64,000 nt of DNA, from assembly GCA_043228905.1 (NCBI GenBank), contig JBHGNT010000021.1, positions 5,394,001-5,458,000 of the forward strand. The letters run 5' to 3'. Under the pieces are notes generated by a model. It was not told where the DNA came from. It ran no database searches and saw nothing but the letters and a program-made list of their open reading frames with translations. The DNA is from Azolla caroliniana. Its lineage: Eukaryota > Plantae > Polypodiophyta. Positions 25,366-38,300 of the stretch are shown here, piece after piece (position 1 is the stretch's first letter; every line of letters starts with the position of its first letter). The position numbers and the translations under genes are program-made.

Positions 25366-28300
25366 TTATGCACTGATAAATAAAAAAACAAAAGCAAAAT
25401 GCTCTGTTCCCTTAACCCTGGTTAAGTTTCCACCTTCCCTGCCCTTAACCTCTGGTTAACTATATAGTTACAAATGCCATTAATGCCCCCTAACCCCTGG
25501 TTACGTAGATATACACTTACATACATATGTAGTTGGAAATAGGGCCATTAAAAACCTTTGCTAACTATATTTATGTATGTAGTTAGAGATTTGTTATGAA
25601 TGCTCCTTAACCCTATCTGATTATATAGTGACAAATGCTATGAATGCCCTTAACCCTGGTTAACCTCCCCTCTTTTTAACCCCACTATCTATATGTACAT
25701 TATACATATATACATACATATGGCTCAAGCTCCAAACTATAACACACACACACACACACAATAGAAACAAAACCTCTTATTTCAAACCCATATTGTTTGA
25801 AAGCTATTCCATCTCGTCCAATTTTCCGGCCTCCGAGCTCACTACCTGATATTTTGGTCTGTGTCCCAACTAGCTCTGTTTGTTTTATCAAATGTTAGTA
25901 CTTCAGAAGATTCTACTCAATTTTCTCGGCCCTTTTGTTAACATCTTGGTCGACCAGCCGATGGCAGTCATTCTGGTTTCTTCAATACCTTCTTCGACCA
26001 TCCTTGTTGTGTGTACGATGTCTTTATGATTTATTCACAAACATTATGCGCACTTTCATTCTCGTTACTCTAGTTAGTGACATATATGGGATGGAGGTCG
26101 TGATTAGATTATATTGGATGAACATCAATTTTGTTTTGATCTTTTGCATATTGATCATTCAACTATAACCATCCATTGGACCAATGTGGCTGTAGAAAAC
26201 GTCTCTTTATGACGATGTGATAGTGCCAACACTTGTTTCTCTTCCCTTGTTGACAGAGTTGGAAAGCTTAGTTTGAACTTTGAAGGGGACTAGAGAATTG
26301 AGAAAGCGCATCGTATTTCCTTTATTCTTCTTGCATTGAACAAACAATCTCTCTTATTTTATTTACCTATCCATTGGCCAATATCTTAAAATTATCCATT
26401 GAACCCTCTGTATACAGAATTTGCATAGATATTTGTTGATAGGATTGGTAACAAGATGAATAGGAACATTGAAACTCAAAACTTCTCAGTTGCTCAAAAT
26501 ACCTAGCCACATGTATTATGTATTACTTCATATGCAAAGGAATCATCTCCTCGATCATTTGACATTTCCATTTAGAACCTGTCAAACTATTCCATGGCAA
26601 TAATTTTGAAACATTGTGAAATTCATATCCCAACCAATAAAGGGCATGCACTTGTCCTCAACAAAAGGGTATAGCAACCAATGTGCACCCAATCAGTGGA
26701 TTGCTCAATCCCCCAAATATCCAAATACAAGCGTTTTAAATGCCAAAAGTTAAATATGCACTATTGGAGTTGGAATTACATTGGGTGTTAGCACTATAAT
26801 TGTCACCCGACATCCACTGGATTCTCATCATGGGGTTTAGATTGTACTCATTCCAATTGTAAAAGCCCAATATTGTTATTTATTGTGTTTATTTCCCTGT
26901 ATCAAGATCGGGTATTTTGCATACATGTTGTCGTCCTTGGATGTGGGAGCCATTTGTCATGTTGCCTTTTTGAAATCAAATGCCAATTCTATGTCACCCA
27001 TCATCACCATAGTAGGGCTCTACTCTACTATTGAAAGTTGGAAGGATGGAAATTTGAATAGTGCTTCATCAACGTAAAGGTTGCATGATTTAGGAAGTTA
27101 TCATGATTCATTCAAATAATTGACACTAATGGCCTTTCTTTCAAACTCCGATTTGTATAATTGTTTGAGCATAGGATTGTAACAAAATGAGCAATATTTT
27201 CCTATTGAGTAGAGAAATTTCCACAATGGGCTTTCTTTCAAATGTAAATATTTGTCAAAATGACCCATATCAAGATGAACAATGATGTTTTATTTGTTGG
27301 CAGCAACTAAACTATGAGTTTTCAGCGATCGTTGGGGTTGTGATTCTTATTACGAATCAAAATACAATTGATAAGCAATGAAGATTTATATCAAGGTCAT
27401 AATGGTTTAGGGATCCTTAAAACACATTGACCATTTTTGGAAAAAAAAAACACATTGACCAACGACCATCCATGACTCATGAGCGAAGGTTAAGCCATGA
27501 ACATAAAATACAATTAGCATCCCATCCTTTCAACCTTGTCCAATCGATGACTAATTCCCAAGGTCATTAAATAAATAGAACTCCAATAAATTTAACCTCG
27601 CAATGAATTTAAAATAACGGAGACAATACCCTATTCTACTAGAATTAAGATTTCCTATCACCAAGAAGGTTAATGGACATGCTAAGAGCATGTATGTTCC
27701 TATGATTTTGCAATATTGATAACCGATAATTATTATTCCTTCAAAAAGATTAACTACTATGACTTTTAAGCCATGGCGCTGTAGGGCAAGCACATTCCCC
27801 ATCCTAGTGACAAGTTACAACTCAATCATGCACATGTTTTTCATCGCCAACATGACATTGCATATGAATATGACATTTCCATCCAATCCATAATTATATT
27901 CCATTGGGAATTGAGTGAATGCATTTCTTATTTAATAAATAAGACTTAGTAGTATCAACTTGCAATTTACGTGCAAGTCACACTAAAAGACTATTGCTTT
28001 CAATGGCAAAATCTTTACATGGCTTGTCTTTTAGATAAAACAGTGTTGTGGTTGCAGAAGAAGCGGGGGATTAAGCAAATGATTACATTGTATGTTAATA
28101 ACAATGTTTAATGCATTTTAATAGCAATATTTATTGCATTTACATAACAAAGGCAACAAACATGGATGAATGTGTCCAATAGATGCGAGAGAATAAATGG
28201 TGATGCTCATATAAAAAATTGAAGAAACTTGATTATATAACTCGAAGCTTCGATTATTTTGCATGGAATTGGATACCTTGTCTTGATTCTAAAGGCATCA

Positions 28301-28743
28301 TGCTTGGTATAGACCTCGAGAACGCGATACAAATTTCTTAGAAAACATTAGAGAATATATTCTATCAAAAAGCGAGGTGTTGACGCTACCCTTCACGAAA
28401 TCCCAACAAATATGTTGTATAGTATTTGAATTACATTCATACATAATCTTTTATCTCCAATTTGGTAAGTTGTTACATTGTCTAAAACTTTGATGATGGC
28501 CCACATTTTCCAAAGTCGTTGTTTTCCCCTTTGGAAACACATTGTTGTGAATATTTATTTATATCGAATGTTTGTTACATGTTCATCATGACTATGCATT
28601 GTTGGTTATCTAAAAGAGTGTGTGTGCAATTATATAGGAAGGTAAATCCAACGAAATGTAGTAACAATTAGGATAGTCAAATACCTAGTCAAATGCCACC
28701 AAATTATAGAAGTAGGCGATGAATTATGAAATTTAAGGATGGT

Positions 28744-28825
28744 GGTAATAGACAACAATAATACAGTCCCAAGGAAAATGAAATAGAGAGAGAAACTTGG
28801 GACTGTATTATTGTTGTCTATTGCC
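28744..28825. repeat. 30-bp inverted repeat (hairpin) with a 22-nt loop
   Basis: Arms 28744-28773 and 28796-28825, with one mismatch that forms a U-G pair in + strand RNA. Confidence 0.9.
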
Positions 28826-29508
28826 TTGTATTAATGTTACATGTTATGTGATCAATCTTTCACACACGACATGTCCTATTAGTCTCTATGCCTTCATGAT
28901 CTGCCCAACATGCATGCCTCCTCGCCTACCCACTTCGATCGACATGGAGCATAATTCCCCAAGCATCCCAACTCAAAGGTGCCATGAGCAACCACAATGA
29001 ACTACTTACTAGATGTGCAACAACAAAATATGATGGACGGTGGTCAATCACAATGACACTAGTTCAACCAACACACAAATGCCGACTATCGTGAGGAGAG
29101 GCGGAAATATTCTAGACTCATTTTGTTTGTTATTTGTACAGGAATTGGGTGGTAATCGGCAAGATGGTTGATGTGGACTGAATGAAGAATTTTTTTCTGT
29201 GATAAGGATGAGTGAAGATGGTGGGGGGCTCGAAGCCGACTATCATGAGTGGGTGAGGAAACTTTTAGACTAATTTTTTGTTGTTAAAACTGGATTTTCG
29301 TGGACATTGGCAATATGCCAAGATGGTCAGCTTATCAAGATATTGAATGAAGAATATTTTAGGTTTTCTCATTATGATGGGTGTTCATGGTGTGGCGATA
29401 GGGATTGAAGTATAATAGTATGATGAGAGGATGAGTGATGACGGTGTGGGGGCCGAAGCAGATCATGAGGGAGGAGGAAATAGTCTAGATTTAGTTCGTT
29501 TTTAGTTG

Positions 29509-32500
29509 TGTTAAGTAATTAGGTAATTAACTAGGGTTAATTAGAGACTAATTATATGGTTACGTTAAGCAACGGAAGATTAGTATGATATGCGGGTGAG
29601 AGTGTGTGAGAGAAAGAGAGAGAGAGAGGAAGTTACACTTAAACACAAAGATAAACGGGGGATGATTGACTATATTGAAAAGTGTCATCAACATACAAAA
29701 ATACCCACAATGAGGTATATATACAACCCATGTGCAAGGGTGCACATGTGTGGGTAGAACATAGGTACTTATGTGTAAGTCCTACATTAAATGTACTAAG
29801 GAGTGGAGGATCTAGAATGTCCCACTTAAGTACAAGGTCCTATTTAAAGGCTTAAGGTCAACACATTAACTAGATTCGATCTAGGTAACTATTAAGTTAC
29901 ATGTGTTGACTAACTAGATTAAACTAGTTGAGCTTGATATCTCAACACGCCCCCTCAAGCTCAAGTGTGAGGCGTCCAACGTCCGGTTTAGCTTCCTTCG
30001 GCTTCGTCGGCATCAATGCGGCTTGCGGATTTCTTCGCGTCTTCGCGACTTCGTTGCGCGGTTCTCCGCGGCGGCTTTCTTCGCGGCGTTGCGTGGCTTC
30101 GTTGCGCGGCTCTCTGCGGCTTTGTTGCGCGGCTTTCTTCGCGTCTTCGCGGCTTCGTTGCGCGGTTCTTCGCGGCGGCTTTCTTCGCGGCTTTGTTGCG
30201 CGGCTCTCCACGGCTTTGTTGCGCGGCGTTGTTCTCCCCCTCAAGCCTGTGATGAAGGCTTGGATCCTCGGGCTCTTGTTCGGCCACTACCTTCATCGCG
30301 AGGGCATAGTGATGGGCCATATACTCGTTGTAGGCGTAACGAGTGACTTGGGTCTTCGCTTGTGATGAGCGGGGGAGTTTCTCATTTGTCGATGTGAGTG
30401 CCTTCTTTACTCCGGGTGTCCTCATGATGGGTACACCGAACTCGCTATCTAGTGAGCGAGCCGAATCATCCGAATCACGGTCGTCGGGGTGGACCTCGAC
30501 TTCGTATTCGGGCATCTTACCTTTGCCTTTGTCCGATGTCGGACTTGGCCACGACGTGTTTTCATCGTGTGGAAGCTCTTGTGGGCCAATTAGCTCGGTA
30601 GAGCTTGGATTGTCCTTCGGTGGAGGACTTGGCCGAGTTTCGTCGTCCGAGTTGGCGTTCAACTCTTCCTCGATCGGGTCAGATGGAGTCGCATCGGGCT
30701 TATACCAAGATGTCGATTCGTCGAAAACGACGTTGCGACTTATCCGCATCGCTCGGGTCGAAGGGTTGAAGCATTTGTACGCCTTTTTCGCGGACAAGTA
30801 TCCTATGAGGATACATTCTTCCGACTTCGCGTCGGGCTTCTCTCGACTTTCGTTCGGGATGCGTACATTCGCAATGCTTCCGAACACCTTGAGGTGCGAG
30901 AGGATGGGCTTCTTTCCAACGAAGATCTCGTATGGAGTAAGCTCGTGCATGCTATTTGTGGTGCATCGATTCATGAGATAGACGGCCGTGGATGCCGCTT
31001 CCGCCCAATAGAAGTTCGGCATGTGCTTCTCACGCATCATGGCGCGTGCTACCTCGAGTATTTGCCGATTCTTTCTCTCGGCTACTCCGTTTTGTTGGGG
31101 AGTGTGTCGGCATGAGAATTCTCTACAAATGCCTTCACCTTGGAGGTAGGCGGTGAACTCGTCGGAGAAGTACTCCTTTCCTCCGTCCGATTGTAGGCAT
31201 CGAATGTGCCGACCGGTTTCTTTCTCCACTTGGCTTTTGAGCCTTTGAAAGTGGGAGAGCACTTCACTCTTCTTCTTCATCGGGTATATCCACGCGTAGC
31301 GCGAGTCGTCGATGAAGGTGACGTAGTAGCGGCATCCGCCGAGCGTCGGCGTTTGAGCCAGTCCCCATACATTTGAGTGGATCATGTCAAGGAGGCCTTT
31401 GCTTGCGGAGGTCTCCTTCGGGAATGGGAGTCGATGTTGTTTGCCGAGTTGGCATGCTTCACACACTCGGTCGACTCGTTTCGATTCGAAGGTCGGAAGT
31501 CTGATTACGACTCCCTTTGATTGCATTCCGCGAAGCCGTTGGAGGTTTACGTGGCTGATTCGCTTGTCCCACAACTCGATGTTTGTCTCGGTCTTGAGAC
31601 CTTTGGCGTACATGGCCGATTTTACCTCGTTTGAGTCGAGGATGAACAAGCGACCATCTCTCCGTCCCTTGGCTATGAGTCGGCCGTCTTTCTCGATGAA
31701 GCAACCTTCATTGTTGAAGTGGACTTGCATGCTTTGCTCCACGATTTGGCCGACCGAGACCAAATTCTTTGTTATTGTGGGCACGTGCAAGACATTCTTG
31801 ATGCAGGTTTGCTCGCCTTCTTTCCCGAATGGGACATCGCCGATGTGCCGAATGGGATGCGGAGTGTCGTCTCCGGTCTCTATGTAGCCGGGTCGATCCG
31901 GCGTTCGCAAGTCGCGAAACCACTCTTGGTGCGACGTCCTGTGGTGCGAGGCGCCGGAGTCTACGAACCACGCGTGTTCGGAGTTGGAGGTGCTTGCAGA
32001 GTTTGCGGGATCGGAGGCCATCATAGAGTTCGCTCTATGCCTCATCATGAAGAGTCCACCGTAGTCCGCATATTCCGCGTTCACGACGTAATTTGTGAGT
32101 TGCCGGCTTGTTGAAGCCGACTCGCTTCGTCTTTTTCGGCACTCCTCTTCGCGATGGCCGATTTTGCCGCAATAGTTGCACGTAGGTGGCGTCGTTCGCC
32201 GATCTTGTTCGGTATGGAAGCTCCCCCTTCTTGTGAAGGTTCCTCGATGGCTTCCGTTTCCTTGTCGAAATTGTGAATTCCCTTCGTGGGATAGGTCGAA
32301 TTGACCTCTTCCGCGTCGACCTCGTCTATGGGCACCATCCGTATCGGAGAAGAGCATTTGTCCTTTTGATGTGTTGGTCTTTGGTTGAACATGGTTTTCT
32401 TCGACCAATAGCATTGATTGGAGGTTGAAGAACGAGGGAGGGGTATCTCTCGCCAAGATTGCCGTTCTCAACGGGTTGAATCGTTGTGCGAGGCCGCCCA

Positions 32501-33572
32501 AGCATACTTGCACCATCTCGTCCTCGTCGATGTTGACGTTGATGGAGCCAAGAGAGTCGCAAATGCTCTTGATCTTGGCGGTGTAGTCCGTCACGGACAT
32601 TTCTTTTTGTCGTATGTTGTTCAACTCTTGCCGGAGTTGAAGCTTGCGCGCGGATGTGTCCGCGGCGAAAATCTTCTTGAGATTTTCTCATGCCTCTTTG
32701 GGCGTCTTGGCGTCACGAATGTGGCTAAGCATGTGGTCGTTTACACATGTTGCCAAGCAATACATTACCCGGCTCGCGCCTTGCTCCCACGTTGGGTAGT
32801 TGGCGTGTGTGGTTTCGGGTTTGCTTTCTTGTGCGCCGTTGATGTAGCTCCAATACCCTTGGCCGACAAGGTATTGATTCATCTTGTACTCCCAAGATGA
32901 ATAGTTGCTTCGGTCTAGCTTTTCGCTAGGGAGCGAGCTTCCCATTTGTTTGTTCATGTTGATTGTTGTGTCTTCCGTTTTGTTTTTCTTCTCTTGGTCG
33001 CGTACACGTCCTTCGTAGTGGCACTACGGTAGCGGATAGCGAATAGCCGGGATTTGTCGTCGGTGTCTCGAACACACAATCACGAATAAGCGGTGGGCTT
33101 AGTGGATTTCCTAAACCACGCGCTCTGATACCATGTTAAGTAATTAGGTAATTAACTAGGTTTAATTAGAGACTAATTATATGGTTACGTTAAGCAGCGG
33201 AAGATTAATATGATATGCGGGTGAGAGTGTGTGAGAGGAAGAGAGAGAGAGGGGAAGTTACACTTAAACACAAAGATAAACGGGGGATGATTGACTATAT
33301 TGAAAAGTGTCATCAACATACAAAAATACCCACAATGAGGTATATATACAACCCATGTGCAAGGGTGCACATGTGTGGGTAGAACATAGGTACTTATGTG
33401 TAAGTCCTACATTAAATGTACTAAGGAGTGGAGGATCTAGAATATCCCACTTAAGTACAAGGTCCTATTTAAAGGCTTAAGGTCAACACATTAACTAGAT
33501 TCGATCTAGGTAACTACTAAGTTACATGTGTTGACTAACTAGATTAAACTAGTTGAGCTTGATATCTCAACA
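29509..33572 (-). mobile_element. Ty1/Copia LTR retrotransposon with both LTRs, lacking RT/RNase H
   Basis: 439-bp LTRs at 29509-29947 and 33134-33572 (TG...CA), TSD AGTTG (29504-29508, 33573-33577), tRNA-iMet PBS TGGTATCAGAGC (33122-33133, -), and a PPT next to 29948. Confidence 0.97.
29988..32957 (-). pseudogene. Copia gag-protease-integrase polyprotein with a frameshift near 32680, truncated before RT
   Basis: KLDRSNYSSWEYKM gag start, zinc knuckle CNYCGKIGHREEEC, protease WFVDSGAS, CEACQLGKQ, integrase YYVTFIDD / LQSDGGKEY / PQQNGVAERKNR. No RT (YVDD) or RNase H motifs. Confidence 0.92.
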
Positions 33573-33607
33573 AGTTGTACAGGAACTTCGTTGTTGAACT
33601 TCATTGG

Positions 33608-34173
33608 GAAACAACAATCTGGGTTGGCTATTCAACCAAGACTGGGAGAGCAGGATCTTATATTCGAATCAAAGACCTATGAAGCAATGATTTTCCTTTT
33701 TGAAATGTTACAAAGAGTCTTACAGATCATCCCTAGATGAACGTATGTTGTTGCTATTGGAACATGCCATGGCCATAAATGGAACTCTTGATTTACATGT
33801 TAAGGCATCAAATGGACTCCTGGTTGTTGTTGCTCAGTCACCAAAGAAATTTGCAGAAATGTGTAGGTTGGGAGAGTAAGTTGGTTGAGACAAGTACACG
33901 TGAGATAACAGGAAATCCTCTCCTATCAAGAACTGTAATGGAAGCAGTTGGTCATATTGATCTATGGGGTTTTTTTTACCTCTATTTTTTGATGGTGATG
34001 AACAATATATAGGTGTAGAAACAATATTTTCTGGGCATATATGCCATGGTGGCCCTGAAAAGATACATTTGGAAGCAACGATGAATGCGATATTTGCATT
34101 GAGCAGGACTATGGTGGAGGAGGTGTTGTTTTCTGTAGGTGAAGCTATTTGTTTTATATGGGGTGGTCTTCAT
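33608..34173 (+). pseudogene. ECM29: Fragmented, intronless copy of part of proteasome adaptor ECM29
   Basis: Pieces in colinear order match the plant ECM29 sequence as I recall it: KQQ...LIFESKTYEAMI, MLLLLEHAMAINGTLDLHVKAS, STRE, VMEAVGHI, GHIC...IFALSRTMVEEVLFSVGEAICFIWGG. Frameshifts and internal deletions are present. Confidence 0.7.
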
Positions 34174-34577
34174 TAGGCCAAAATCTTGAGCCCAGTGTTG
34201 TTGAGACTGTAAGAGTTGTACGAGTGTTCAATAGTTTTCTAGTTAATTATGTTGCATTTTCTTTGTAATACTGGACTTTTTTGTATATTGCCTTTGGCCA
34301 CTTTATGTTAATACCAATGGAGGATATTTTTTATGGAAAAAAAACCAACACACAAATGCCACTCCTATAATTCAAGATCCAAGGAATACCATGGAGTTGC
34401 TTGATCATCAGACAGTAGTGAGGGTTTGCACTTTACTAATGACATTGACGTGGTCTCGACAACCTCATCATTGTGGAAGAGTAAACCACTTTACGTCATC
34501 CTACAAGAAATCAACACACTAAATCCCCAAGGACAGTCAACATATGTTATATATATAGCCACATGTTAGCTAGAAAA

Positions 34578-35073
34578 GGCCAATTGGAACAAGCTAGTGT
34601 GAACTCTAAAAGTCGACATTCTAGTTAAACATTATCCAACTAAGCATACAACTTCTATTTAATCGTATAACACGATCAAACTCTCGATTGCAAAAATCAG
34701 TCGCAACTTGGAACTTTGATGGGTTCTGCTTCAAAACAATCACATGTATTGGAATAATGAGACGCCGCAAACGAGTGTTCTGAAAATGCAAGGCTTTTCT
34801 GGTTCAAAATTGGGCATTTCATTCTCGTTTTCGTCAAATTTAGAATGGCCAATTGGAACAGACTAGTGTGAGCCCTAAAAGTTGACATTCTAGTTAAACT
34901 TGATCCAACTAAGCATACAACTTCTATTTAGTCTTATAAAATGATCAAAACTCTCGATTGCAAAAATCAGTCCCCCGATTAGGAACTTTGAATCTGGGTT
35001 CCACTTCAAAACACTCGCATCTCTTAGGATAACGAGATCCCGCAAATGAGTGTTCCGAAAATGCGAGGCTTTC
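34578..35073. repeat. ~270-bp imperfect tandem duplication upstream of GPI8
   Basis: GGCCAATTGGAACA...CATTCTAGTTAAAC...CTCTCGATTGCAAAAATCAGTC...GAAAATGC occurs twice, starting at ~34578 and ~34847. Confidence 0.85.
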
Positions 35074-35358
35074 TCTTGGGAAAGAAAGAAAGGTCAAGAA
35101 TTCGCGCCAAGTTTGTCTTCATATCCCCTCTCCAGATGGCCCCAATTCTTACAATATTTCCAGACATGCCCTCCCCTCAATTAGCTCTTTGGGGAGGGGG
35201 GGCATTTCTGCAAATATAGAAAACCTAAGGGCATTTCGGGAAATAAAGAGAAATCCAGAGAGCATTATTTCCTCTTCAAAGACAAAAACCATACATTACA
35301 CATTCTCTGTCTCTGTCTCTGTCTCTGTCTCTTGTCTGATTCAGAGCCAAAGAAAGAC

Positions 35359-38300
35359 ATGGGTGCTTCTCTCATCTCTTTATTCGTCTTGATGCTCTGT
35401 TTTAACATGCATTCTGCACGATCTTCTTCCCTCCATACGAACAACTGGGCAGTGCTGGTTTGCACCTCAAGATTCTGGTGAGTGAAGAAAGAATCGCCCA
35501 CGTACTCGCTTTCTCTCTTGATTCTCATTTGGATTATTCTTTACGTTCAATTGTTAAATCTCTATTCATTTCATTTTTTCAGGTTCAATTACCGTCATAT
35601 GGCCAACACATTGTCTCTCTACAGGTAAATATCTCTGTTGAATTTTGTAGATATTTTACGATTGAGACAAATATATGCACACACATCTCACCTTATTTTG
35701 TTGATTTTTCTAGCTCCTGTGATTGTGTAAGTAAGTAAGTATGTGACATGATTTCACTACATTTTGTTGATTATTAGAGATCCTGTGATTAAACCTGTGT
35801 TTACTTATAAAGTATAAACAATACATGATTTTATCACGCATTGCTGATTCTAGAAGTGAGTATTAGTTTAGTTCATAGTTTCATATAAATTTATGACAAG
35901 TTGTTGTTTTGTAGAGCTCCTATGCAATTGAAATGAGCATATATTTTTAGACGTGATTTCACCAAAGTTTTGTTGATTTGTAGTGCTCTTATGATTGAAA
36001 TGAGTGCGCAGTCAAATAATTTATTTATTTTTGACATGAAATTTACCACATTTTAGAACTGTGAAGCGTTTGGGAATACCAGATGATCGGATAATCCTCA
36101 TGCTTGCTGATGATATGGCATGCAATGCTCGTAATAGCTATCCTGCCCAAGTATTCAACAATGAGAACCATCAAATCAACTTGTATGGAGATAATGTTGA
36201 GGTACCAAGAATATTTGACCTCTATTTTCATAACCTTTTCCTTCGAGGCATCTGATTATAATGGAATCCTCTACCTGGATACATTTGAAGTACCAAGAAT
36301 GCTGTTATCTTACACCAAATCTCTCAGAGATTAGCAATGTCATCAGGCAAGATCTCAATCAGCTAGAGACTAGAAGGACATAAATTAGACCTAAGCAGGA
36401 GTTGGGTTTGAAGATGGGTGTCTATTGAGACCATCGTCTCTACATTTCTGAGGATGAATCTAGACTTTGCCTGGACATGGATTTCCATCTATCTCAAGGA
36501 TTGAGATGCACCATCGGACAGATCTGCGTCTCATCACATCTATTGGAGATAGAGATAGACATGAGTTCTTCGATGGCAGTACATGACGTGGAGACCTTGC
36601 CAATGTACTCATTTCTCATGTATAGATGCTGTCACATTGAATCTATTCAGCTGGGGATTCGCTGTCCTTCACATGATCTTTTTGCCCTCAGTTTTGTTTC
36701 TGGTGCGTTTTATCTGAACCCCCTTTCTGATTTCTTAGCAATCTAGCTTAGAGGACGACAGGAACTGAATCAGAAATATTTGGAAAAAGTCCTCTAAATC
36801 TAAAACCGCAGTTGTACTAGGTGCCATCAATACATTCTTACTCTAAGAGAAACGTCGTAGGTCCAATATGAAAAAAACCCACCAGACTTCTTTAATGCTG
36901 ATGGATCAATTTCCTTGTCTGAAAAAGTAGGACTATCTGCTATCTTAGTTTTTTATTTTCCAAATCCATGATTATTGCCACTAAATCTGTTACAAGAAGA
37001 GGATAGTAATGCTCTAATGCATGTTTATGATTGGTTTAGATATAGATGAAAAATATGTTTTTGACTTAGTTTAAATGCAGGTAGATTACCGAGGATATGA
37101 GGTGACTGTTGAGAATTTTCTCCGAGTTTTGACAGGAAGGCATGATTCTGCTGTTCCTCGTTCAAAACGGCTACTGAGCGATGAAGGTAGCCATATTTTG
37201 TTATACATGACAGGACATGGGGGTGATCAGTTCCTGAAATTTCAAGATTCAGAAGAAATACAAAGCCATGATCTTGCAGATGCTATTGAGCAAATGAGGG
37301 AGAAGAGAAGGTTATTATAAAATTTGGAAATTCTAGATTGTTGAGATTATTTGAAGCATCGATATGATGAAAAATGAAAACCCATTGAAACATTCACAGC
37401 TTACGCACAGGTTTAAAGAGCTATTGGTGATGGTGGATACATGTCAAGCAGCAACTTTGTACTCACATGTAATCTTTTATGCTCTTGTGAAAATGATGAT
37501 ACTATGGCAAAATGTTTTGGCACTTGGAATGTTGTTTGGTTTAGGTTTTGTGAAAAACTTAGTTAAGGCTTCTTATTTTCGACATGATTGGTTGGATTGC
37601 AGCTATATTCACCAGGTGTACTTGCGATTGGAAGCAGCCGGAAGGGTGAAAACTCATATTCTCACCATCTTGATGCTGAAGTATGTATTTACTTTTTTAT
37701 CCAGCATTGTTATACGAATCTAGGTCAGTTTGGCCCATATTTCTCGTTTATTTTTTATTTCATTGAAGACCCAAATCTTTACTTTTTCTTTTTTCTTTCA
37801 AGTCTCTTGCTTGTAAAGGGGCTCGTAGGAAAAAATCCCAGACATTCTGGGGAACTCATGGAATGTTTTGGGCAATAGCATGTATAACCACTTTTTGAAT
37901 TGTTCGTAGCTAGGTTCCTCAGTCATTGTATGTAATTGAATACAAGTTTGCAGTGGATAGTTATTTTGCTTTCATCTCTCCAACCTTTGTTGTAATTCTT
38001 AGATTGAATCTCAAAATTCTCTTAATCCGTTAGATATTACCTTGTTAATAGGCGAAGGAGCAGATAAAAATGGGGACATTATGAACTGTTTCTGTTAATG
38101 CAATTGGTAGACACTTAATTTTCATGGCATGATTCCGCTCTGCTTGTATTCATTCCATGAATTTTGAATTCTGTGATTTCCTAAACTTCTATGTGGGTAT
38201 TTACTTGTCACTCTCTCGACAAGCATTTGTGTACATGGATTTTGCATATCTTGATATGACTCTGATATATGAACCTTCACTTACTATTTTTCCGTGATGA

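Larger units (their letters stand above)
29084..34342 (+). mobile_element. Poly(A)-tailed retro-insertion with an 18-bp TSD, later interrupted by a Copia element
   Basis: AACCAACACACAAATGCC at 29066-29083 and 34343-34360, with an A-run immediately before the right copy. Confidence 0.75.

Noticed and set aside
26200-28500. Cys/His-containing minus-strand fragments suggestive of a MULE/SWIM transposase
   Set aside because: Too degenerate to support without a profile search.
29928-32900. Plus-strand ORFs across the Copia element
   Set aside because: They are antisense shadows of the GC-rich polyprotein.
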